IMG/VR virus record: IMGVR_UViG_3300046779_000069
Location: 1-25,610 of that record
Length of the DNA stretch: 25,610 nt
Strand: one strand, 5' to 3'
Origin: a virus
Lineage: Duplodnaviria > Caudoviricetes
Part shown: one piece after another, positions 17,105 to 24,876 of the stretch
How positions within the stretch are numbered: position 1 is the stretch's first letter
Layout of the letters: every line of letters starts with the position of its first letter
The notes under the pieces: model-generated
Database searches by the model: none
What the model saw: only the letters and a program-made list of their open reading frames with translations
What the model was told of the DNA's origin: nothing
Translations under genes and position numbers: made by a program

Positions 17105-17887
17105 TTAAGTTTGAGTCTTGATGACGTTCCAGTTCGTGCTCTGGGCGTCGTTGATTGTCTGCCAGCCGGGGGTCTGGGCGTCGTTGATATTTTGCCAGTT
17201 TGCAGTCTGGCTGTCATTGATAATGTTCCACAAAAACGCACCAAGGATGGTGTCTGCGCCAACGCCCGACTCGGATACCGAGGCAAGGAAGGCAGCTTGC
17301 GCAACGAGCGTGTCGAGCGCTTGAGAAGCTTCGGTAATGGTAGCTGCAAAGTTGACTGCTGTGGATACGGTGTCCGTGCCTGTGACCGACTCGGCGATCT
17401 GCCCAACAAACGCAACAGTGGGATACACAAGATCAATAGCTGTGGCTGTCTCGGGCACGGTGACAAAGTATGCGTTGGCTGGCACAAGTGTCTCTGAACC
17501 CGCAACTGACTCGGCGATCTGGCCAACAAAGTCAAGCCCAGCGTACGCGAACTCGTAGGCTGTGGATGTTTCAGAAATCTGGGTGGCGAAGTTCTGTGCT
17601 GTGGCAACCGTGTCGGCACCAGTGGCTGATTCGCTGATGGCTGTTGGGAACGTGGCCAGCGCCGAGATGCTGTCTGACCCGGCAATGCTCTCAAAGATTT
17701 GGCTGACAAAGGCTGCACCGGGGTACACCAAGTCGTTGCCAGTAGCTACTTCAGCGATGGAAGAAAAAAGTGCCACCTGCGAGGAGACGGCATCAGACGC
17801 AGTTACGCCCTCGGCAATAGCCGATACAAAAGACGATCCCCCTAGACTAGCGTAGGGGGACTGGGCGTAAGCTGATATGCCAAACAT
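17105..17887 (-). CDS. Acidic virion protein with ten 20-aa repeats and 11-aa Trp repeats (260 aa)
   Basis: MFGISAYAQSPYASLG start, ten gap-free 20-aa units, then W..IND.Q... three times. TAATG coupling. Confidence 0.8.
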   Translation of the reverse strand: MFGISAYAQSPYASLGGSSFVSAIAEGVTASDAVSSQVALFSSIAEVATGNDLVYPGAAFVSQIFESIAGSDSISALATFPTAISESATGADTVATAQNFATQISETSTAYEFAYAGLDFVGQIAESVAGSETLVPANAYFVTVPETATAIDLVYPTVAFVGQIAESVTGTDTVSTAVNFAATITEASQALDTLVAQAAFLASVSESGVGADTILGAFLWNIINDSQTANWQNINDAQTPGWQTINDAQSTNWNVIKTQT

Positions 17888-18042
17888 TACTCAGTGATAA
17901 CGTCTGTGGGCTGTGCTTGTTGCTGCTGTTGTGCAGCCTGCTGCATACCCTGAATCAGTTGGAACACTTGATCGTATGGCTGTTTGCCGAGGTAACCCAA
18001 GACAGCGTTGGCCAAGTCGATAGGCAGTGTGATTTCTTTCAT
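17887..18042 (-). CDS. Small hypothetical protein (51 aa), not in the ORF track
   Basis: CAGGAG RBS. MKEITLPIDLANAVLGYLGKQPYDQVFQLIQGMQQAAQQQQQAQPTDVITE*. Fills the gap exactly, with a TAATG overlap to the next gene. Confidence 0.8.
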   Translation of the reverse strand: MKEITLPIDLANAVLGYLGKQPYDQVFQLIQGMQQAAQQQQQAQPTDVITE

Positions 18043-18044
18043 GT

Positions 18045-18389
18045 TTACTCCTGTGGTGTCACCCAAGGCAAGGGAGGCTGCACGATGGGCGGATTGATTT
18101 GGTTGTCGATTTGCTGCTGAACAGCGGCCTCAGTAGCAGCTTGGTCTACGCCTGACGCCCACACCCAGCCCAACACCTGCTCTTGTGTCAAGTCTGCGTA
18201 AGGGGTGAACGGCTGTTCGGGGTTAAGTGTAAATGAAGCTGTGTTGTACACAGAAGCGTTGTATGTGTTATCCCCATCAACTTGTTCACCATTGCACGCC
18301 CAACCCGCCGAAATAACAACATCGGTTTGACCGTCGTACTGGGGGTAGGCTTGCATCCATTGGATGGTCCATGTGATTGTTGCTGACAT
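18045..18389 (-). CDS. Tail-fibre-associated hypothetical protein (114 aa)
   Basis: AAGGA RBS. TWTI...DVV....W...FTPYADLTQEQVLGWVW...PPLPW pattern, commonly seen after fibre genes of aquatic phages. Confidence 0.75.
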   Translation of the reverse strand: MSATITWTIQWMQAYPQYDGQTDVVISAGWACNGEQVDGDNTYNASVYNTASFTLNPEQPFTPYADLTQEQVLGWVWASGVDQAATEAAVQQQIDNQINPPIVQPPLPWVTPQE

Positions 18390-18398
18390 TTTGTTTCC

Positions 18399-19574
18399 TT
18401 ATGGATGGGTTAATTTGTAGGCGTCGAACTCGGCCTTGAGTTCTTGGATAGCGGCGGTCAATGTGGCAACCAAGAAGCTGGTGTCGATGCCTTGATAGAC
18501 GGGGTTGCCATTGTCGTCAACAGCGTCTTTCTCACCGATTACGCATTCAGGAACAACTTCTTGCAATTCGTGAGCAATAAAGCCTTGAGTTGATTCACCT
18601 GTTGGTTTCCAAGAATAAGTGCAAGGCTTGAGTTGAGCAACAGTTGCCAATGCACCTGTCATCGGCACAATGTTTTCTTTCAGTCGGTAGTCTGAAGAAG
18701 TGGCGTACTGTGTCGTAGTTCCAGAAATAGAAATACTTCCGCAATAGCTAACTGAATTGCCGTTGTTGTAAAAGGCAGCGGCATAGTATTGAGAAGTTCC
18801 ACTTTGGTTAGTTACTGCAATAGCTGAACCAGTAACACCGTTATTTCCTGCAATAGCAAGTTTCCCGACTGCTGGATTGGTTGTAGTCCCCACCAGCAAG
18901 TTACCGCTGGAGTCAAAGCGACCTACTTCAGAATTTCCAACAGAAAATGTCAATGGCGCTGCTGAACCAGAACCTGTTGATGAATCAAGAATAGTTCTGT
19001 AAACAGAAGGATGAATGATTCCATATACCGTGAACACACTAGCAGTTGCTTGGGTTCCAGATGTCTGCTGTTGAAACAATGTTCTAGTTGCTGAACTGGC
19101 TCCGCTGTCACCTGATTGAGCGGCGTTTGTTGACAGCTTGGCATTAGCATCAAGCGTCATTGCTTGGGTGAAGGTGATGGCGTTACCTGCTGTTCCAGAA
19201 GCTGCGTTGTACCAAGCATGACCTCCTGTATTACCATTACCAGCAGCGTATCGGTTAGCGTATCCAGTAGTAGCGTATTTCCAGCCACTGTTGTAGTAAG
19301 CATTTGATTCCACATTGGCATCGTTAGTACCAGCACCACGGAAAGCATTACCTTTTGAAGTGCCAACTTCTACGACAGGGCCAGCGCCACTCCAAGCACT
19401 AGGCGTAACACCTACACCCACATTCTGTGATGTATCAATAGTCACCGCAGTGGTCGGAGTTCCCCCCGCCGTTGTCGTTTGCAACAGCATTACGCCGTCA
19501 TTCCCGCCGGACGTCTTGAGTCCGGCCGAGCCGCTGGTAGCGCCGTTGTCAGAAAGGATTGTTACGCTGGCCAT
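18399..19574 (-). CDS. Tail fibre with C-terminal peptidase S74 intramolecular chaperone (391 aa)
   Basis: TSSDYRLKENI...LKP..Y.W...GFIAHELQEVVPECV...LVATLTAAIQEL is an S74 signature. GGAGG RBS. Confidence 0.88.
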   Translation of the reverse strand: MASVTILSDNGATSGSAGLKTSGGNDGVMLLQTTTAGGTPTTAVTIDTSQNVGVGVTPSAWSGAGPVVEVGTSKGNAFRGAGTNDANVESNAYYNSGWKYATTGYANRYAAGNGNTGGHAWYNAASGTAGNAITFTQAMTLDANAKLSTNAAQSGDSGASSATRTLFQQQTSGTQATASVFTVYGIIHPSVYRTILDSSTGSGSAAPLTFSVGNSEVGRFDSSGNLLVGTTTNPAVGKLAIAGNNGVTGSAIAVTNQSGTSQYYAAAFYNNGNSVSYCGSISISGTTTQYATSSDYRLKENIVPMTGALATVAQLKPCTYSWKPTGESTQGFIAHELQEVVPECVIGEKDAVDDNGNPVYQGIDTSFLVATLTAAIQELKAEFDAYKLTHP

Positions 19575-21055
19575 GTTTTAGCCTCCAGTGCTTCAAGGCG
19601 TTCGTTGAGTTCTTGTATGGCTTTGACGAGCATTGGTATCAACACGGTTGTTTTGACTGCTTTGGTTGAGTTGCCGTTTTCATCTGGGCGTGTGGTGTCA
19701 ACCAAACGAGGGAAAACCTGTTCGACTTCTTGCGCAACAAAACCAAGCTGCTTGACGCCGGGCTCTGAAATAAAGTTGAAGTTGCGCACGCGCAGTTGCA
19801 TCAACTCAGCCAACTTGGAGGTTGCGTCAACAATGTTTTCTTTCAGGGTCGCATCAGAAATCGTACCCCATGTGCCTGTGGTGCTATAAGCTGCGCCGCC
19901 ATCAGTGAAGTAAAAACGACGAACCCAGCCACTGCCGCCGTAAGGACCCCACTCCCACTGCCATCCAGTGTTGTCGCCCATATACACACGACCGCACACT
20001 GGGGACCCCTGCGCACCAGCAAAAGCAATTTGGCCACCAATATTTGAAGAAGGTGAGTAGTTGCTGTAAGGAGAAATCAAACCAGCAACATACAAGCCTC
20101 CTGAAGCACTGATAGGCGCAGATGTTATGTTCACCAGAATGTTTGCGCTGGAATCAATACGCATACGTTCCGCCCATGCAGAACCGCTATAAGTCCAAAA
20201 TGTCAAGGAGCTTGCTGCGCCAGCAGATTCTGGATAAATAATTCCAATTTGGCCGCTTGTGTCATACCCAAGAGCAACGCCTCTGTATGTGGTTTGATCT
20301 TGCAAAACACGGGCAACATATCTTGCTGTGCCCGTTAAAACTCCGCCAGTACCAACAACATCTAAACGAACCCCCGGAGAGGAAGTACCAACACCCAAGT
20401 TACCCGATGCGTTAAGAGTCATCGCTTGGGTGAAGCTGATGGCGTTACCGGCGGTGCCTGAGCCTGCGGTATTCCAGATATGTGCGCCAGAGGACTGAGA
20501 ATACCAAGTAGCGCTAGCGGTGTTTATATATTTCCAACCAGCGTTGTAGTACGCATTGCTGGCAATATTAATTCCAGAACTACCGGCCAACGTGCCATAT
20601 TTGGTCTGTATCGCGCTTTCCCCACTCCCCCATGCCGCTGGGGTAACCCCTACACCAAAGTTACCGTTGGAGTCGATACGGGCGCGTTCTGCCGATGTGC
20701 CCGAGCCTGTTGTATAGAACAGCAATGCGCCGCCATGAGAACCCGCAGTTGATGAAACAACATCGCCCAAGATGCCAGCGTACTGCACTTGCGCAGAAGA
20801 CGCGTTGTTTGCAAAAAATGTTAAATAGGCAGAGCTAGAGGTTGAATTGCGCCCCAAACGAACCTGCTCTTGTGTGCTTGCATATATGTGTAAAGGTGTT
20901 GCAGGGTTTGATGTGCCAATACCAACATTCTGCGATCCATCAATCGTCACAGCCGTAGTTGGCGAAGCGCCTGTCTTGAAGACAAGCGTGCCTGTACTGT
21001 CCCCCGTGACTACATACGCGGTTGTTGACGTGGTTGATGCGCTGATCGTAGACAT
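19562..21055 (-). CDS. Tail fibre with C-terminal peptidase S74 intramolecular chaperone (497 aa)
   Basis: ISDATLKENI...GFVAQEVEQVFPRLV...IPMLVKAIQELNERLEALE, with repeated ER.RIDS.GN.G.G shaft motifs. Start placed at the TAATG overlap (21055) rather than 21070. Confidence 0.88.
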   Translation of the reverse strand: MSTISASTTSTTAYVVTGDSTGTLVFKTGASPTTAVTIDGSQNVGIGTSNPATPLHIYASTQEQVRLGRNSTSSSAYLTFFANNASSAQVQYAGILGDVVSSTAGSHGGALLFYTTGSGTSAERARIDSNGNFGVGVTPAAWGSGESAIQTKYGTLAGSSGINIASNAYYNAGWKYINTASATWYSQSSGAHIWNTAGSGTAGNAISFTQAMTLNASGNLGVGTSSPGVRLDVVGTGGVLTGTARYVARVLQDQTTYRGVALGYDTSGQIGIIYPESAGAASSLTFWTYSGSAWAERMRIDSSANILVNITSAPISASGGLYVAGLISPYSNYSPSSNIGGQIAFAGAQGSPVCGRVYMGDNTGWQWEWGPYGGSGWVRRFYFTDGGAAYSTTGTWGTISDATLKENIVDATSKLAELMQLRVRNFNFISEPGVKQLGFVAQEVEQVFPRLVDTTRPDENGNSTKAVKTTVLIPMLVKAIQELNERLEALEAKTWPA

Positions 21056-21558
21056 TAGATGGTCACCCAAGTTTGGCCGCTGGTAACCGTGACGGTTACG
21101 CCGCTTTCTACAGTGACAGGCCCCACAGAGATTGCGTTGTACCCTGCGGGGAGTGTGTAGTTATTGCTGATTGTTGTGGCGTTGACGATCAAGCCGCCGT
21201 TACCTTGAGCGTTGTTTGCGCCATAGATCGTTTGGTCGTTTGCGCCCACATACACAGTACGTTCAGCGGGCTGCGTTACAAACACATCCTTTGTGCCAGA
21301 CGAAAAGTTGACAAGTGAGCCGCTGTTGGACGATGAGAGCACCGTGTCGCGTGAGAGCGTAGTGCCGCTGGAAGTGTAGGTACCGATACCCACTTCCCAT
21401 TCGTTCGTGCCTTGACCTGCGATGGTGTAGTAGGTCGAGTTGCCGTCGCCAATCGCGGAGAAGGTTTGGAAGCCGGTCGCGGCTCCACCAAGGGTGACGG
21501 TGCCCGTACCCGTAGTCGTCGTTGTCTCACGGACACGATCAGCAAGTACGAACGCCAT
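21055..21558 (-). CDS. Virion structural protein / fibre attachment protein (167 aa)
   Basis: MAFVLADRVRETTTTTGTG...WEVGIGTY...LSR..V..SSN...VNF..GTKDVFVT.PA N-domain and NAISVGPVTV.SG.TVTV..GQTWV C-motif, both typical of aquatic phage tail regions. Confidence 0.75.
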   Translation of the reverse strand: MAFVLADRVRETTTTTGTGTVTLGGAATGFQTFSAIGDGNSTYYTIAGQGTNEWEVGIGTYTSSGTTLSRDTVLSSSNSGSLVNFSSGTKDVFVTQPAERTVYVGANDQTIYGANNAQGNGGLIVNATTISNNYTLPAGYNAISVGPVTVESGVTVTVTSGQTWVTI

Positions 21559-21561
21559 AGA

Positions 21562-21741
21562 TTACACCCCTGTCAAAGCATCTTCGTCAAACCAACGTTC
21601 TTGTGCATTGCCGTCAGCGTCTGTCCATGCAACCAAGCATTGAACAGTACCGTCTTCCAACATGCGCAGTGCCTGAACCGGACCTTGTGGGGTCACGGTT
21701 TTCAGCCGAACGACGTCACCTTTTTTGAATTGCGTTGCCAT
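21562..21741 (-). CDS. Small SH3-like protein (59 aa), YodC/DUF2158-like; not in the ORF track
   Basis: MATQFKKGDVVRLKTVTPQGPVQALRMLEDGTVQCLVAWTDADGNAQERWFDEDALTGV*. Fills the gap between neighbours with 2-3 nt spacers. Confidence 0.75.
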   Translation of the reverse strand: MATQFKKGDVVRLKTVTPQGPVQALRMLEDGTVQCLVAWTDADGNAQERWFDEDALTGV

Positions 21742-21743
21742 GA

Positions 21744-22262
21744 TTAAGCCGCATCCAAGCTGAAGGTGTAGGTCACAGTCAATGTGTCACCAGACACAAC
21801 TGTACGGTCGCCGGGCGATTGGAAATCTGAAGCAGAGAACAAAGTGCCCGATGTGCCTGTGGCAACAGTACACAAGAACGCGCCAGCAACCACGCCGCCA
21901 CCACCACTGATGGTGAACTGCGAAGGAGAACCAGAGTTGTCAATCACTGATGGGTCAGCAGTTGTAGCTGTACCAAACGTCACAGCCTTGCGGTTACCAG
22001 AGTAGTTGGTGAACTCGGTCCAGCCAGAGTGCGAAGCCAATGTATCAGCAGCAGCGATTGTGGTGCCCGAGCCGGGACCAGTAATCAGACCCAAGTACCA
22101 AGCAGCAGTGTATGAGCTGCCAGAAAAATATTTGGTGTTCATGTCTTGCAGACCCGTGTTCACCACGAGGTTGTGGGTTGTTTCTTCCCACTTGAAATTA
22201 CCATCGGCGTCGTGGCAAACCACTTTGTAAACGCCACCGGCTTTAGCTGTGTTGGTCAACAT
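21744..22262 (-). CDS. Virion structural protein (172 aa)
   Basis: AAGGAG RBS. KWEE..HNLVVN.G...WYLGL...ADTLASH.GW.E...GTLFS...GDTL.VTYTF beta-rich pattern. Confidence 0.75.
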   Translation of the reverse strand: MLTNTAKAGGVYKVVCHDADGNFKWEETTHNLVVNTGLQDMNTKYFSGSSYTAAWYLGLITGPGSGTTIAAADTLASHSGWTEFTNYSGNRKAVTFGTATTADPSVIDNSGSPSQFTISGGGGVVAGAFLCTVATGTSGTLFSASDFQSPGDRTVVSGDTLTVTYTFSLDAA

Positions 22263-22272
22263 TTGTTGCTCC

Positions 22273-22701
22273 TTAAGAAATGCGAATGATTGCGGCAGTG
22301 CTGGTGACAGCAGGGAACTGCACAGTGAAAGTTGTGGTTGATGTCTTGTCGCCGCCGAAGTCCAGCACGCAAACGCTTGGGTTTCCAGAACCTGATTTGT
22401 AGATCAGCGCGCCGCGTGCAGTCAAAGCTGAAGTCCATGTGACATTCGCAAACGACAAGTACACCGTGGCGTTACCTGTTTGGTTACCGATTGTAGGTGT
22501 CTGCGTAACAGTAAGCGTTTCGCCGCCAGCGGTGTAGCCCGAAGCCACAGTCTCGCCATCAGTTGTGTACGCAGTTGTGTCTGGACCAATCGACGCTGCA
22601 CCGGTGTACAACGCGATCTTGAATGTGTCTGTGCCAAAGTCAAAGTCGCCGTTTGGCAACCCAAGCTTGAACGTGTTTGTTGCGCCTTGAGTGATCGCCA
22701 T
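22273..22701 (-). CDS. Virion structural protein (142 aa)
   Basis: FK......FDF..DTFKIALYT...GYTAGG..L...ARGALIY...VLDFGGDKTS...F.VQFP pattern. TGATG coupling. Confidence 0.78.
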   Translation of the reverse strand: MAITQGATNTFKLGLPNGDFDFGTDTFKIALYTGAASIGPDTTAYTTDGETVASGYTAGGETLTVTQTPTIGNQTGNATVYLSFANVTWTSALTARGALIYKSGSGNPSVCVLDFGGDKTSTTTFTVQFPAVTSTAAIIRIS

Positions 22702-23340
22702 CAGGTCACCGCCTCAAATTTGTTTGATTTACGCACATTGTCTGCCCCCGAAATTACCTGCAAATTGTATGGGGTGTGAAGCCCAGACACAAGTTTGCCT
22801 TGAAGCGGAAGCACATGGTCAACATGCCAAGAAAAACCAAATAGCTTGGTGCGCAAAGCGGCCAGCTCGTATGCCTGCTCAATCATCCATTGATCGTCGG
22901 GAGTAAGCCATTTAGGTGTGCGGTTAATTTTTGCTAAGCGGCGTTTGACTGTGTGCGCCAATGTACGACCAGAGTTAAGCGATTTGGTTTTCTTTGCGTA
23001 CGCTTTGACTTTCTCGGGATTGCGTGCACTCCACGCAACAATAATGGCGCGGCATCTGTCTCTGTTTTCTTTGCGGTACTGAGCGTCGCGTTCGCGTTTC
23101 TTTTGCGCCATCTCTGGTTTTGCCATCATTTTTAGCGTGTCTTTACGACGTTGCGCCTGCGTACGTTCTTTATTTGCGGCTCGATTAGCCTTCAATGTTT
23201 CTTTAGCGCACTCTACACAAGCGCCAGACACGCGCCGAAGCCCCTCAAGCTCAGGGTGTTTAGCGCACGTTGAGCCATAGCACGTAGGTAGCCCAAGCGC
23301 TTTAGCTTCTTGTCTGTTACGGCGCATCATGTCACCGCCT
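22699..23340. repeat. 16-bp direct repeat (15/16) flanking the HNH gene
   Basis: catcaGgtcaccgcct at 22699-22714 and catcaTgtcaccgcct at 23325-23340. Confidence 0.8.
22701..23330 (-). CDS. Free-standing HNH endonuclease (209 aa)
   Basis: HVDHVLPLQG..VSGLH...NLQV.....N..KSN HNH motif, N-terminal C..H...CVEC, very basic. Sequence is visibly AT-richer than its neighbours. Confidence 0.92.
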   Translation of the reverse strand: MMRRNRQEAKALGLPTCYGSTCAKHPELEGLRRVSGACVECAKETLKANRAANKERTQAQRRKDTLKMMAKPEMAQKKRERDAQYRKENRDRCRAIIVAWSARNPEKVKAYAKKTKSLNSGRTLAHTVKRRLAKINRTPKWLTPDDQWMIEQAYELAALRTKLFGFSWHVDHVLPLQGKLVSGLHTPYNLQVISGADNVRKSNKFEAVT

Positions 23341-24037
23341 GACGGTATTGCCCGGTTCTATAACTGTCGGTTCGCTCCATGCCGTCACCCAGACGTTTAG
23401 CCATCGCAAGCGCTTCGTTGTACTTGGTGTTGTACAACAGCACCATATCTTGCTCGCCCTTCATGAAGGTGTAAGCCTCAACCAGCGAGCCGTACAACAG
23501 CACGCTGTCAAAGTTGTCACCCAACCATGTACGACCATCCGCCGCATCAACGATTGACTCGGGGTAGTAATAGTAGTGCAGCTCAACGCTGTAAGCTGCA
23601 TCAGGTGTGGGGCCCAAGATGAAGGACAGCTCATCAGTGATGATGGGCGTCGCATCGTTGGTGGTTGTTGGACCAAACAAAGCGTAGTACCGAGGAATCG
23701 ACGTATCTGTCGGCTGTGGGTACGCTTGCCGAATGAAGTTCACATCCTTGTTCAACAAATACTCATACGCACCGGTGGCATCAATCACTGCCAAAGAATA
23801 GACAGCCAAGAAGTCGCTGGGGGCAGACAAGTACTTGTTGTTCAGGGTTGTAGTGCCGGTGACGTTCTTACGCAACGATGGGAACTGCACCGTGTTGAAG
23901 ATGCGCTGTTCCGCCTGCTTGATGAAAGTGTCAATCTGCGTCTGGGTAGACACAGCACTGCCATCAGCAAGGTAAGTCTCAGGGAACTGATTTTCCGTGT
24001 AAGACTGGATCGAAGCGTAGAGTTCGTCGTAGGTCAT
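23327..24037 (-). CDS. Head-tail adaptor / tail tubular A-like protein (236 aa)
   Basis: MTY.EL...IQ.YTEN...FI.QAEQRI...LRKN...P.DFL...PRYYA...LGPTPD..Y..ELHY...TWL......LLYGSLVEAY.FMKG pattern of podovirus adaptor proteins. Confidence 0.7.
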   Translation of the reverse strand: MTYDELYASIQSYTENQFPETYLADGSAVSTQTQIDTFIKQAEQRIFNTVQFPSLRKNVTGTTTLNNKYLSAPSDFLAVYSLAVIDATGAYEYLLNKDVNFIRQAYPQPTDTSIPRYYALFGPTTTNDATPIITDELSFILGPTPDAAYSVELHYYYYPESIVDAADGRTWLGDNFDSVLLYGSLVEAYTFMKGEQDMVLLYNTKYNEALAMAKRLGDGMERTDSYRTGQYRQAVT

Positions 24038-24039
24038 TA

Positions 24040-24240
24040 TTAAGCCATGGGTCCGCGAGCGTACAAGCCTTTAGTCGCAGCGCCTGTGCCACGAATCTTG
24101 ATGCCCGAAGTTTTGGTGGGTTTGTAGTCTTGGCTGCGTGTGTTGGCCACGGACACGTTAGCGTCCTTCATGGTTTTCTTCGCGGGCTCTTCGCCCACCA
24201 CAACAGACTTGACCTTCTTTGGTGTTTTGTATGTAGCCAT
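24040..24240 (-). CDS. Small basic protein (66 aa)
   Basis: AAGGAG RBS. Lys-rich, ends GIKIRGTGAATKG..ARGPMA. Confidence 0.75.
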   Translation of the reverse strand: MATYKTPKKVKSVVVGEEPAKKTMKDANVSVANTRSQDYKPTKTSGIKIRGTGAATKGLYARGPMA

Positions 24241-24242
24241 GA

Positions 24243-24437
24243 TTAGGCTCCTTTGCGACCGGTGCTGCGTTGGTTCATGACCTTGGCCATGTTGCGACCA
24301 TACTTGAGCATGTCGGCGTTGGTCTTACCACCGGCCTTCATCTTGGTCATAGGCTTACCGGGGTGCATGGCTTTCTCGTGCTTGTGCACGGCCTTTGCAG
24401 CGGTCTTTTTATCTTGTGCGAGGTCTTTCTTGTCCAT
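24243..24437 (-). CDS. Small basic Lys/Met/His-rich protein (64 aa)
   Basis: TAAGGAG RBS 6 nt before ATG at 24437. MDKKDLAQDKK...AVHKHEKAMHPGKPMTKMKAGGK. Confidence 0.78.
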   Translation of the reverse strand: MDKKDLAQDKKTAAKAVHKHEKAMHPGKPMTKMKAGGKTNADMLKYGRNMAKVMNQRSTGRKGA

Positions 24438-24447
24438 GGGGGACTCC

Positions 24448-24876
24448 TTATGTCGTTGCAATAGTGACTGTACCAATTTCCACGACTAAAGCCAAGTAGT
24501 TCGGCGTTAATCCGTCATCGTCTAAGCTCGCGCCACCCACAGGGTTCCACCCCCATTGAATGTCTCGACTGCCTTCGCCTTGGTAACCTTGAGCGAGAAC
24601 GTCGGTGCTGTTGCTGTTGATGATCTGAAGTCCGGTTGTACCAGATGTAATGTAGCTGCGATCAGGGCGTGGGTTACGCAAACCTTGTGGGTCATCAACC
24701 GGATACATACCCAGTTGAAGTTGAGGTTGGTCGGGGTCCCAGCACTCTGGACAAACCAAGAGTTCATAGTTCTTGGTCTTGATGATCTCGCGCTTGAGCT
24801 GCTTCAGTTTGAAGCGAGCGTCACAACGATCACACTGCGCAATCGCATACTTACCGGAAGCAAACCGGTTAGCCAT
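24448..24876 (-). CDS. Conserved phage protein with a CxxC...CxxC zinc ribbon (142 aa)
   Basis: A.GKYA.A.CDRC...LVCPECWDPDQPQL...DPQ.LRNPRPD. TAATG coupling. Confidence 0.78.
   Translation of the reverse strand: MANRFASGKYAIAQCDRCDARFKLKQLKREIIKTKNYELLVCPECWDPDQPQLQLGMYPVDDPQGLRNPRPDRSYITSGTTGLQIINSNSTDVLAQGYQGEGSRDIQWGWNPVGGASLDDDGLTPNYLALVVEIGTVTIATT

Noticed and set aside
17105-17830. 60-nt and 33-nt periodicity as a CRISPR array
   Set aside because: The periodicity is at protein level with degenerate codons. There are no identical repeats with unique spacers.
17839-17860. Hairpin cccta-N8-taggg
   Set aside because: Short stem within coding sequence and no U-tract; consistent with chance.
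19156-20449. Fibre repeats as a diversity-generating retroelement or invertible cassette
   Set aside because: The repeat is only 32 bp, both copies are coding and in direct orientation, and there is no reverse transcriptase or invertase in the window.
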